In this document: piece by piece, positions 1 through 32,346 of the stretch
Numbering within the stretch: the first letter of the stretch is position 1
Layout of the letters: each line of letters opens with the position of its first letter
From: the human T2T-CHM13v2.0 reference genome, Homo sapiens
Reading direction: 5' to 3' (one strand)
Length of the DNA stretch: 64,000 nt
Assembly (NCBI RefSeq): GCF_009914755.1
Contig: NC_060943.1
Position numbers and translations under genes: made by a program
Notes under the pieces: model-generated
The model's input: the letters and a program-made list of their open reading frames with translations, nothing else
The model's database searches: none
Told to the model about the DNA's origin: nothing

Positions 1-183
1 AGTCGGCCGAGTAGCTGGAATTACAGGAACCCGCCACCAAGCCTGGCTGATTTTTTGTATTTTTAGTAGAGACGGGGTTTTGCCATGTTGGCCAGGCTAG
101 TCTCGAACTCTTGACCTCAAGTGATCTGCACACCTCGGCCTCCCAAAGTGCCGGGATTACAGGCGTGAGCCACCGCGCCCGGC
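1..183 (-). mobile_element. Alu (truncated by the window start)
   Basis: Alu consensus cctcccaaagtgccgggattacaggcgtgagccaccgcgcccggcc. Confidence 0.95.
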
Positions 184-276
184 CTGGCCTTGACTTTTGA
201 GGGTGCCCCCACCCGTGCCACCCCCAGGAGGCAGAGCAGAGCCAGAGTCATGGGGGCCGGTGGTTGTAAACAGAGT

Positions 277-282
277 TTTATT
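277..282 (-). terminator. SEMA6B: Polyadenylation signal AATAAA of SEMA6B
   Basis: Plus-strand tttatt at 277-282; the only canonical hexamer I saw between the stop codon and the Alu at the window start. Confidence 0.85.
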
Positions 283-1069
283 GATGGGGAGGGGGCTGGG
301 GGAGGCAAACTCCAGAGAGGGCAGAGGACCCAGCCAGCCACGTGGCATGCATGGTCAGCTGGAGGTCAGAGGGGGGAGGTCACAAGGGGACGGGTGGCAT
401 GGGACTCTCTCACCACCCTGGGGCCGTATTTACAGAGGGGCCCCACCCACCTTCGCCGCCCCCCAGGCCCCCAAGCCCTTTAGACAGCTGCTGCCGATGT
501 GACTTCCGGGCAGGCCCTCCTCGTGTCTCCTGCCTGAAACCCCGGCATTGTCCCCGCTTCCCTCTGCAGAGTGGGGGGGGTTCAAACTCCTAACCGGCAC
601 CTCGGAGACCCCCGGGCCTTCTGGAAGCCCCAGCGTCGGCTCAGCCAACGCCCAGGCCGCTGGGGCCACCACGATCGTCGCTCGTGGACACACACCCTGC
701 ACGCGTGGCCCACTTGACACACACGCCCACAGCAGCCTTCGCTGGCACGCACACACACGCCCACCTCCCCGGCCCCTTGCACACGAACACGGCACGCACA
801 CGCACGCACACCCACACACGCCAGGGGCCTGGGTTGGGGAGGGACCTTTCCAGGGGTGGGGGAGGGCTTAGGTCTGCAGCTGTGGCCCCCCATTCCCCAC
901 CGGCGTCCAAGCCTCCCCTGCCTGCCGCCACCCCGAGAACGGAGTTGTGCAATTGGTTAGAAAACCGCAAAAGAAACCAAAACTGCAAAAAAAACCAAAA
1001 CCTACGCGCATAAGGTCAACCTCAAATCCATAGCAAAGTCCTCCCGCCCACCCACCCCCAAACCGTCTC

Positions 1070-3739
<2,670 letters not shown>

Positions 3740-3756
3740 CACCCCATGCCTTTCTA

Positions 3757-3981
<225 letters not shown>

Positions 3982-4060
3982 TCACAGTCAGAGATCAGGG
4001 GGATCTGGGATCATGGGCGGGTCTGACACACCCTCCACCCACCTCCCTCTCCCGCAGTAC

Positions 4061-4138
4061 CTGGTGCCCGGGCTGAGGAAGATGCAGGAGCCGTCGGGGG
4101 CCCACCCGCAGTAGGGGTCCTGACTGCCGATACAGTTC
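4061..4138 (-). CDS. SEMA6B: SEMA6B exon 15 (PSI domain)
   Basis: ctctag|GAAC...CCAG|gtactg; [26 protein letters not shown], containing the PSI DPYCGW motif; 78 nt. Confidence 0.96.
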
Positions 4139-4239
4139 CTAGAGCAGACCAGGGACCGAATGGGACAAGTGTCCAAGTCACTTACACAACCCCAATGGTG
4201 ATGGTGACCTGTGGGCCCTGTTCCAAGCACCTGCCTCTT

Positions 4240-4940
<701 letters not shown>

Positions 4941-5259
4941 GTCCCTCTTCTTAATAGCAACTTCTGGAGTCCTTAGAACAAATCTGTGTGCAGGGCACTG
5001 TTCACTCCCCACTTTACAGATAAGCAAACTGAGGCTCCAGAAAGTAAATGTTTGCCCAAGTGGCAGAGCTGAGATGGGAGCCCAGGCATCGTGCCAGAGG
5101 CTGTGCCCTTGGACTCGGAGCTACTGGGTCATTGTTGCAATAACGGCGGGCAGGAAGCAGGGTCCTCCGCATTGACGGCTCACATGGAGTGCAGGCGTGT
5201 GCCAGCACTGGCATGCATCCTAGCTTTCCTCCCATTTTAGAGACGGGGAAACAGCCTCC

Positions 5260-5595
5260 ACCCTGGTCCCTGGTTCTCCTTCCCCTGCAGTCTCCTCCTG
5301 GCAGCAGCCACCAGAGGGCACCTGTAAGCACCTGAGTCAGGGCCAGTCCCTCCTCTGCCTGCAACCCTACATGGCTCCCATCTCCTTCAAGGTCAAAGCC
5401 CAAGTCCTCCCCGAGGCTCACAAAGCTCTGCACAAACTGCCTCGTCCTCTCCCATCCCCTCCCCGTCGTCCTCCCCTCCTCCCTCACTCCCCCTTGCTCA
5501 CTGTGCTCCAGCCACACCGGCCACCTTGCTGTTCTTCCAACACACCAGGAGTGGTCCTGCCCCCGGGCCTTTGCACGGGCCGTGCCCTCTGCCCA
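5260..5595. mobile_element. L2-derived repeat, local variant with CTCF/AP-1 cassette (copy 1)
   Basis: gccaccagagggcacctgtaagcacctgagtcagg...atggctccca...gggcctttgcacgggccgtgccctctgcc. Confidence 0.75.
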
Positions 5596-5702
5596 GCTCA
5601 ATGACCAGGACATCATTGGGCTTTTGACTGGAACCCAGCTGTCCCTCCCTGTGCCCATCCTCCCTTGCTTCCCGCCCACAGCTGGCCTGGGGTGGACACT
5701 CA

Positions 5703-5885
<183 letters not shown>

Positions 5886-5938
5886 TCAGCCCATCTCCCC
5901 TCCTGCTGGAGACCCCTTCCCACCTTTGCCCAGACTTA

Positions 5939-6145
<207 letters not shown>

Positions 6146-6317
6146 TCAGGCTGGCCCCATATCACCACATGCCACCAACACGGGCATGGCCATAGTTACA
6201 CGGGTGCATACAGACACTGACACACCAACACATGTGACAGCAATAAATGCGTGTGTGCATGGATGCCGGGGACATGCGTGACTACACAGGCACGTGGGCA
6301 CACTCGCCCTTTTTTGA

Positions 6318-7590
<1,273 letters not shown>

Positions 7591-7806
7591 CCATTCCCAT
7601 CTGTCACCTCTTGATCCCTCTGTCTCTCTCTTTGTTCTCTCTTTCCTAGTGTCTCTCCATCTTTCCCTCTCTGTCTCTCTGTGTCTCCAGCTCTCTGGGC
7701 AGCGCCGGAAGCCATGGGCTCATCTGTGTTGAGCATCTGGATCCTCTCACCCTCCATCTACCCCATCCTGTCTCCCCTCGCCATGCCCTGCCTCTCCAGG
7801 ACCGAC

Positions 7807-7956
7807 CTCATCAGGGTCCGCAGGATCCAGGGCGCATGGCCCAGCGAGGGCACCGCCTCGTCCATCAGAGGGTGGGTCTTGACAAAGTTGAGGATGTCAT
7901 CCGGCAAGGCGCTGGAGGCATTGTACTGCATCCCGGGGGCTGCGCAGCACCCGGGC
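7807..7956 (-). CDS. SEMA6B: SEMA6B exon 12
   Basis: ccccag|GCCC...TGAG|gtcggt; [37 protein letters not shown] (Sema FVKTHPLM motif); 150 nt. Confidence 0.96.
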
Positions 7957-8055
7957 CTGGGGGTGACAAGGGTGTGGTCAGGACGAACGTAAAGGTTCTC
8001 ATAAAGGGGCCTGATTCACCAGAGGTACCCATTGCTTTGCCCAACGACCCTCAGG

Positions 8056-8347
8056 TTTTTTGTTTGTTTTGTTTTTGAGACAGAGTCTCAATCTGTCGCC
8101 CAGGCTGGAGTGCTTTGGCTCACTGCAACCTCCACCTCCTGGGTTCAAGCGATTCTCCTGCTTCAGCCACCCGAGTGGCTGGGATTACAGGCACGTGCCA
8201 TCACGCCCGGCTAATTTTTGTATTTTTAGTAGAGACAGGGTTTCGCCATGTTGGTCGGGCTGGTCTCAAACCCTCGACCTCAGGTGATCTGCCCACCTCC
8301 GCCTCCCAAAGGGCTAGGATTACAGGCGTGAGCCACCACACCAGGCC
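8056..8347 (-). mobile_element. Alu in intron 11
   Basis: Alu consensus flanked by a duplicated cctcag...tttt target site. Confidence 0.92.
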
Positions 8348-8481
8348 TCAGTTTTTCCCAACTGTATAATGGGTACAGCTGAACTCAGCATCAGCTAAAT
8401 AACCACCCGGAAGCCCCAGCCCTCGGCCCTGGGGATCAGGACCTCATCCGGGCATGTGACTCAGGATGGAGGGGGTTCTCA

Positions 8482-8712
<231 letters not shown>

Positions 8713-8784
8713 TCAGTCTTCCTAGGCCAGAGATGTCCCCTGTCCCTCCCGCATCTGTCGAATGCAGCCACTCCTCCTGAATAA

Positions 8785-9875
<1,091 letters not shown>

Positions 9876-10056
9876 TCCTCTCCCCAAAGGCAGAGGATGA
9901 GGATATCTTTGGCCCAGTTCTGACCAAAGGGACTTAGAGGGTCAGTGTCAGCTTGTCCCACCCCAGCCTGGGGCCGAGGCCTCTCAGAGGTCTAATCCAG
10001 TGGTGCCCAACCTAGCACCCAGGGCATACCTGAGGAGTGAATACAGGCCCTCTCTA

Positions 10057-10395
<339 letters not shown>

Positions 10396-10732
10396 TCACC
10401 ACCCAAACTGTGATGGAGGAGTCTGACCCTGGCTCTGGTGGGACCCCGGCCAGTCACCGTTCCTCTCTGGGCACCGGCTTCCCTGGCAGAAATTCCCGGT
10501 GGGAATGTCAATGATGATAATAGCAACAGTGACAACCATAATCATCACTGTTTCCACGAAGACCCACATTTTATTCTCACATCTCTTACACTCTTCCCGA
10601 GGGGGGCCTACTGATATCCCCCCATTGTACATGTGGGGACACTGATAAGAGGCACAGATAAAAGGAAGTGACTGGTCCAAGGTCACAATAGTAGTTAGTG
10701 GCAGTCTGTGCACTTCAGCACTGCCTGGTTGC

Positions 10733-11825
10733 CTGGATGGACGGATGAGTGGATGAGTAGATGGACGGACGATTACAATGGAGGGATGAGTAGGTGGATG
10801 GATAAATAAATACATCTGAAGAAGGATGATAGATAATGGAAGAGATGGTGAAGGAGAACAAGGTAATCAAGCAATTGGTAGATAAGTAGATGGATGTGTG
10901 GGTGGATGGATGAACAGATGGATAGAGAGAAAGCTAGGTGAGTGGATGGATGGATGCATGGATAGGTGAATAAGTGGATGAATGAATGGATGGATAAGTG
11001 GGTGGATGGATGGATGGATGGATGGATGGGTGAGTTGGGTGGGTAGATGGTTGGATGGGTGAGTGGATGGATGGATGGATGGATGGATGGATGGATAGGT
11101 GAGTTGGATGGGTGGATGGTTGGATGGGTGAGTGGATGGATGGATGGATGGATGGATGGATGGATGGATGGATGGATGGGTGTGTGGGTGGATGGGCAGA
11201 TAAATGGATGGATAGATGGGTGGGTGCATAGATGATGAGTGGGTGAATGAGATGGATGGATAGATGAGATGGAAGGGTGGATGGATTGGCAGATGGATGG
11301 ATAGATGAAGGATGGATGGATGGGTGGGTGGATAGGTAGATGGATGAATGGATGGGTGGATGGATTGGCAGCTGGATGGATGGATGGATGTGTGGATGGA
11401 TGGATGGATGGATGGGTGGGTGGGTGGGTGGGTGTGTTGGTGGATGGGTAGATAAATGGATGGATGGGTGGATGGGATGGATGGATGGATGAATGGATGG
11501 GTGAATGGATTGGCAGATGGATGGACAGATGATGGATAGATGGATGGATAGGTGGATGGACTGATAGATGGATAGGATGGAAGGGTGGCTAGATGAATCG
11601 ATGGGTGGATGGATGCATGGACAGATGGATGAGTGCACGGATGGATGGTAGTGGGTGGATGAGTGAGTGGGTGGGCAGATGAGTAGATGGATTAATGGGC
11701 TCATGAAAGTGTGGGTGGGCTGAAGAACAGACAGATGGGTAAGTGGGAGGGTGAGCAGGTAGACGGATGGACAGGGGATGAAGGATGGATAAGTGATTGT
11801 GGCTGGGTGGGTGGGTGGACAGGTG
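10733..11825 (+). repeat. (TGGA)n degenerate simple-repeat array in intron 9
   Basis: About 1.1 kb of tgga/tggg/taga units. Confidence 0.95.
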
Positions 11826-12020
11826 AACAGCAACAGCACCAGGTGTATCTGACTTCCAACTCAAGTCCCTCGTCAGGGCTGAGTGCTCCACGGCTGCTCC
11901 GTAGATGTCTTCAGCCTCAGGGCCTGATCATGGCTGGAAAGGAGGCCCTGGGGACCAGAAATGGAGGGCAGGACCCTCTCACCCCATGCAGGGATTCATG
12001 GATCCACCTCTGCCCCCTCA

Positions 12021-12218
<198 letters not shown>

Positions 12219-12659
12219 CTAAGAACTCACTGGCTTTTATGGTGAAGGGGGGACATAGGCTGGTTACCCAGACAATATGAAACAGACTCAAAGTTTGGTA
12301 TTTTGCAGGGGAAGGGAGGTCAGAAGCCTAAAATCGCTGTGTCTCTTGCTGCAAATGGCAACATCAACTATTTTTTGTTATCTTCCTCCCTCATGTGTTG
12401 AAGAGCTGAGTCCTGCTATATCTTTTCTGTGGTTCCATTTTGGGCTTCTAAGCCACCCACTTCCAGCGGGTTCTACTTTAGATCCAACTAAACTTGTTCC
12501 TCTAGCTTTCTAGTCTTCAAAAAGGCCAACAGATTCCAAAGATGTGGTGGAAATCTCTCCACCAAGCTCCTCTGGGACTCTTATTCTGGTGGGGAGATTT
12601 GATGAATGTCAGGTTCTGGGCCCTGCCAGGTCTGGGCCCACTGCCCTTCCTGGTCTCAC

Positions 12660-12779
12660 CTTTGAACCACTTGGAGTCATGTTTCACGGTGCGCAGGGTG
12701 GGCCTGTCCCCGAGGCTGCGGTAGATGACAGCATCAATGGCTAGGAAGTCGGTAACAGTAGCTGTGAAGAGCATCCCGT
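12660..12779 (-). CDS. SEMA6B: SEMA6B exon 8
   Basis: atccag|ACGG...AAAG|gtgaga; [40 protein letters not shown]; 120 nt. Confidence 0.97.
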
Positions 12780-13041
12780 CTGGATGGGGTGGGTGGGGAA
12801 GGCAGGCAAGAGATGAGACCGCAGAGGCCAGGGGCTGGGTGGGTCGAAACTCGATTTTCTGAGACTGAGTCCTGAGCCTAGGGGAGCCCCTGTCTCCAGG
12901 CTGAGCCCTGATCCCATCCAAGCCCCACCTCCATCCAAGCCCTGACCTTAACTGAGCCCCTGACCCCGGCTAAGCCCCAAACCCCGCTGAGCCTCAATCC
13001 CAGCTGAGCCCCAAACCTGGGCTGAGAGTCTGCCCATGTCA

Positions 13042-13311
<270 letters not shown>

Positions 13312-13671
13312 TCAGCCCCCCACTCCAGGGGGAATCCTGATCCACCACGGATTACTGTGTGACCTTGGCCACTCACTTAACCTCTCAGGGCCTCAGTTTA
13401 CTGATCTGTAAATGGGTTTAAGAGTCAATGCCTAGTTAGACCTGTAACTGGCTCATTGCCTAAGTAGCTACGGCTTCCCCGGCCCCCTGTACAGGCCTCG
13501 TTTGGACAGCGCTGACTCCTCTTGAGCTCAGGGGGAGGAGGCAGGGAGAGTATATCCAGGAAGGCTTCCTGGAGGAGGTGACACGGCCTGGGGAAAAGCC
13601 ATGGCCAGCGGAGGTCGGGCGAGCAGAGGCCTGGAGGTTGGACCTGGGGCGCAGGGAGTCTGAAGACTCAC

Positions 13672-13773
13672 GCTGTAGTTGGCGCACACCGGGTTGAAGG
13701 CGTTGGAACCGCACACAAAGAGCGTGGACTCGTCCCGAAGGAGCAGCACCTTTACGAAGTTTCGACACTCGCC
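13672..13773 (-). CDS. SEMA6B: SEMA6B exon 6
   Basis: cctcag|GGCG...CAGC|gtgagt; [34 protein letters not shown]; 102 nt. Confidence 0.97.
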
Positions 13774-13794
13774 CTGAGGTGGGGACAGGAGGAA

Positions 13795-14620
13795 GCGGGG
13801 AGCGCGATGTGGGCGTGGTCATGGTGATGGGCGTGGCCAGAACCTGAGTTGTGTGGGTGGAGGGCCGGTCTGTTGTGGGCATGGCCAAGGCAGGGGCTGA
13901 ACCTAGGACTGGCTGGGGACACGGTGCGACCCAGACAGGGAAACACTTTGTATCAGCAACGCAGGCAAGGCCAGGATGGTGGGCATTGTCAGACTGTGGG
14001 CATAACCATGGCAATAGCAGAGTCCTAACCTGGGATGGAGGAGAAGGATCCGCCCTGGGTGTGGTCACGGCCGATTGGGGTGGGGCATGGTCGTGACCAG
14101 AACTAACTGGGGCGTGGTGGGCACGGTTATAGCTGATTGGGGCCAAGTTGGGAGCGTGGCCAGAGCTGGTGGGGTGGGCGTGGCCTGGGCTTATTGGGGC
14201 GGGCCGGGGGCGTGGGGGGCGGCAGGACTGATAGGGGAGGGGTCGGGATGGGGACCTGATCGATTGGGTGGGGAGTGAGCTATTGGGTGGCGTGTGAACA
14301 TGGCCTGGGCTTGTTGGAACGAGGCTGGGGGTGGTGGTAGGACTGACAGGGGCAGAAGTGTGGGCATAGCCAGAACTATTTGGGGCGTGGTTATGGATAA
14401 TTGTGGCTAGGCTGGAGGCCGGGCTAGGACCAATTGGGTGGGGACGTGGACGTGGCCATGGCTGTTTGGGGGTGTGGCCAGGGCTGGAAGTTGGGCGGGG
14501 CCAGGGCTGATTGGGGGTGGGTTGGGGCGTGGCCAGGGCTGGCGGGGTGGGCGTGGCCTGGTCTGATTGGGGCGGGGCATGGGTAATGCCAGGGCTGATT
14601 CGCAGGGGCCGGGACCGAGC
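13795..14620 (+). repeat. Degenerate G-rich minisatellite in intron 5 (GGGCGTGGC / GATTGG units)
   Basis: Recurring gggcgtggcc and ctgattgggg motifs. Confidence 0.7.
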
Positions 14621-14634
14621 CAGGGCCAACTCAC

Positions 14635-14924
<290 letters not shown>

Positions 14925-15399
14925 TTAGTGAGAACTGGGGGCTCCGCCACCCTCTCCCGTTCCATCCTTCCCACTGCCAATGTGGTGTGCACACGGGGGC
15001 ATGCAGGGCCATGCCAATGCCTCTGACACGAGCAACTCTAGCGCCGACCACACCCCCCCAAGGGCCCCAGCAGGCCTTCATATCCTGCACTCCACCTCCT
15101 GCCCGGCATGCCCCACGGACTGCCCCCAACACCATGTCCCATGGCCTTAGGTCAGGTGCCCCACTCGGCGCCTCCCAGGCGCCCACCAGGCTCTCTCCCC
15201 TCACACCCTTGCCGAGGAAGCCGCCCTGCTCAACGTCATTGGTGACCTCGTGTAGTTAAGCCCAGTGGTCACTTCCGCATCCTCCTCATCCTCTCCAAAG
15301 CATTTGATCTGTCCGGTCTCTCTCCTTCCTGGGAAGCCCATCCCTAGAAGCCCCGTAATCTCACACTTGCTTCTCCCCACGACAGCTTCCACCTGGTCC

Positions 15400-16434
<1,035 letters not shown>

Positions 16435-16594
16435 TTATTATAATAATAGATACAAATATCCTAAAACATATATTTAAAAATGCAATCGCAAAATACATGC
16501 ATAAAAATACTTAGAATTAAAACACAAAAATATTAAACTCAAAGGCTAAAAAAAAAAAGAGTCAAAGGCTCTTGGAATTTTATAAGCCACAAGC

Positions 16595-17005
<411 letters not shown>

Positions 17006-17213
17006 TCATTCTCCGCTTGCACACCTCCATGACAGGCACCTCACTACCTCTCACGGGGGACTGCTTCCCACTCCCATTCAAGGTAACTTTGCAGAAACTT
17101 CTAGGTGTGTGGAGTGGAGACACTCTCCCATCCAGGTAATGACATAGCAGCGGAATTCACCCTCTGAACCCCCGCCCTCCATGCTGAAGGTCCCAGTTCA
17201 GAGCACCCCCTAC

Positions 17214-17530
17214 CAGAAAGGGGTACAGTCCAGGTCCCGGAGCCCCGAATGAGAAGTTCAGCAGCCTCGTCCTTCTGGGAAGTATTGGGCAAGCTCCGAG
17301 CCCATTTTCCTGTCTGAACAGCAGGGGTATCCCCCAGCCCTGCCCTGGCCTTCTGGCTCAGGGATTCTGAGCCCCCAGAGGTGAAGGTGATTCGCGACAA
17401 TCGGCCCTGGGGTGCCTGCCCCCTCCAAAAACAGGAAGACCTCGCATAGCGCGGCTGGACTTCCTCTTCACGACCCTGAGCTTCCAGGATTTGTGACTCA
17501 GCGAACACCCGGATTCCACGTGTGTTCAGG
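17214..17530 (-). promoter_or_regulatory. SEMA6B: Candidate proximal promoter and non-coding first exon of SEMA6B
   Basis: Repeat-free patch with a small CpG cluster, TGACTCAGC (AP-1/ARE) at 17494 and CACGTG at 17517. Candidate donors are CTG|gtaggg (exon end 17214) and AGG|gtgaat (exon end 17161). Boundaries cannot be determined from sequence alone. Confidence 0.45.
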
Positions 17531-17759
17531 GCACGGCCCTGTTTCCTTCAGAATTTCCTTCCCTGGCTCCTCCCCTGCTCTACAGCCTCCTGTGGCTCCC
17601 AGGGACCCCTGAGTCCAGGCCCCAGCCTCTCCCTGGGATTCAAGGCCCCTGACCTCAGACCCCACTTCGGCCTACCCTCCCCTCATGCCACGGGCCTTTC
17701 TAGCCCCCTACCCCAGAACCTAACTAAGAGCCCTGTCTGCCCTGTGCCTTTAAAAAAAA

Positions 17760-23912
<6,153 letters not shown>

Positions 23913-25349
23913 TGGTGAGTTCTCTTAATAGGCCCCTTATACAGACAGAGAAACTGAGGCACAGAAAGGTAAAGTCATTTGCCCGAAGTCAGGGATCAGC
24001 GGAGCCCACAGATCCTGCTCCATTTTACTTATTTTGATAATAACACACAACTGAACCCCAAATGTTTACTGCGGGGAGTCCAGGCCACTTCACAACGAAC
24101 CCCATCTACTTAGCTTCAGTTTACCCCCTCGATCTGGGGTTACCCGACGCCTGTGCGCCTCCCCCTATCCCCAAGACCATCTGCTTCTCTCCGTGAAACT
24201 CGAGGAGCCTCTGCCAGCAGCCGCTCGGCGCCTGCCTGCTCAGAAGCGGCCCCAACACCTGCCACGCTGCGGCTGCCGGACACCTGGTCACAGGGAGCCA
24301 CGGGGCTGGCGGGTGCGCCCCGTGGCGTGCGGGGTTCTCCGGGGCACCCGTGCACCCACATGTCTGCGTGCCCCAGGGGTTGGGGGGCTCCTGCCTGCAA
24401 CCCTGGGGACTTGCATGTACTCTGTGGGGGCGCCTTGTTGGGGGAGAGGGGCCACAAAGCAACAGCTCCCTCCAGGAGGCCCCCAGCTGTCACTCCAGCT
24501 CTGCAAACATGAGCCCACTGTGCAGATGTGGAAACTGAAGCTCAGGAATGGAAACGTCCTCGGGGACCCCCTAGTTTAGCTCTTCTTCCTGGGAGCTCTG
24601 TCCTCTGGCGACCCCCATGCCCCACACTCGCCAGCCTCACTCCCAGCTTTCTGTCCCGCCTTGCACCCCCCTCAACCGCCAGCTCTCCGTCTCTCTTTTC
24701 CCTCGACTCACGCCCCTCTTGGGCGGCCTTGTACGCTCCTGGGTCCCGAAACCCCGTCTATATCCGATGACACCCACCGTCCTGACTGTAGCCAGGCCTC
24801 CCCCAGCTCCGGATTCGGGGTTCAACTTCCCCTCAGCCGCTCCAGGCACGGGGCTCATGAAGTCTCACCCTCAGCCATACGGGGCACGACCCCAGAACCG
24901 CGCCGCCCTAGCTACTGTCACCCCGTCATGGGCCTGAATTTCCTGGGGGAACTCTCCCCCAACCTTCTCTCCTCCAGGCCAGCGCGTCTGGGCTGTTCTT
25001 GGCCCCTGAGGCTTCGGTGTAAGTTTTAGGATCCGGTTGTGAGTTCCAAGACAAACAACAGATAAAACAAAAACCCTAATGGGGTTCTCGCTGGAGTGGC
25101 ACTGAGGCTACCGATCCAATCGGGGTCAACGGATGGTCGATGTCCCCCGACCCGGCCCCACTTCTGCGTCCTCCGTCTCAGCTGATGGCTTAGGACACAA
25201 CTGGAGCTCATCCTGACTTCCCCGCCACACCCCATTCCACCAGCCTCACAGCCAGCATTAGCCACTCCTGCGGCCTCTGCCTTCGAGTTTACGCAGAACT
25301 CTCACCGCTTCCCGTCCATGCCGTGGCCACTCACATCCCCGCCTGCCTG

Positions 25350-25740
25350 GCCCAGCTCAGCCCAGCCCAGTCCCCTCCGCCCTGATCCCCAGGCTGTCCT
25401 TCCCGAAACAGCCACCAGAGGACGCCTCTGAGCACATGAGTCAGGTCCCGTCTCTCCTCTGCCCTTACCCCTCCATGGCTCCCACCTGCCTCGGGGTCAA
25501 AGCCGGGGTCTTCCCTGCAGCCCACAAGGCCCTGTACAACCTGCCCCATGCCCTGTCTACCCTCTCCTCCTCCCTCTCTCCCACTCATCACTTGGCTCCA
25601 GCCACAAGGGCCTCCTTGCTGTTCCTCCAACAGGCCAGGCATGGTCCTGCCCTAGGGCCTTACCCCAGGCTGTGCCCTCTGCTTTGGGAGTTCCCCCAGA
25701 TACACACGCAACTCACTTCCTCACTTCAGGTCATCTAAGA
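25350..25740. mobile_element. L2-derived repeat, local variant (copy 3)
   Basis: gccaccagaggacgcctctgagcacatgagtcaggtcc...ggggtcaaagcc...gttcctccaaca. Confidence 0.75.
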
Positions 25741-25849
25741 GAGGCTCCCCTTGGACCTTCCTGGAACCCAGACGCCTCTGCCCTCCCCACTTTATGCCCT
25801 CCTCTCCTCCCCCATCACACGCAGGCCCGTGTGCTGCTGGGAGTGTGGG

Positions 25850-32346
<6,497 letters not shown>

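Noticed and set aside
10867-11891. His/Pro/Ser/Ile-rich ORFs (up to 301 aa), and a similar one at 61003-61308
   Set aside because: Translations of (TCCA)n repeats.
13505-13514. GGACAGCGC as a REST/RE1 site
   Set aside because: Only the right half-site is present; there is no TTCAGCACC left half at the proper spacing.
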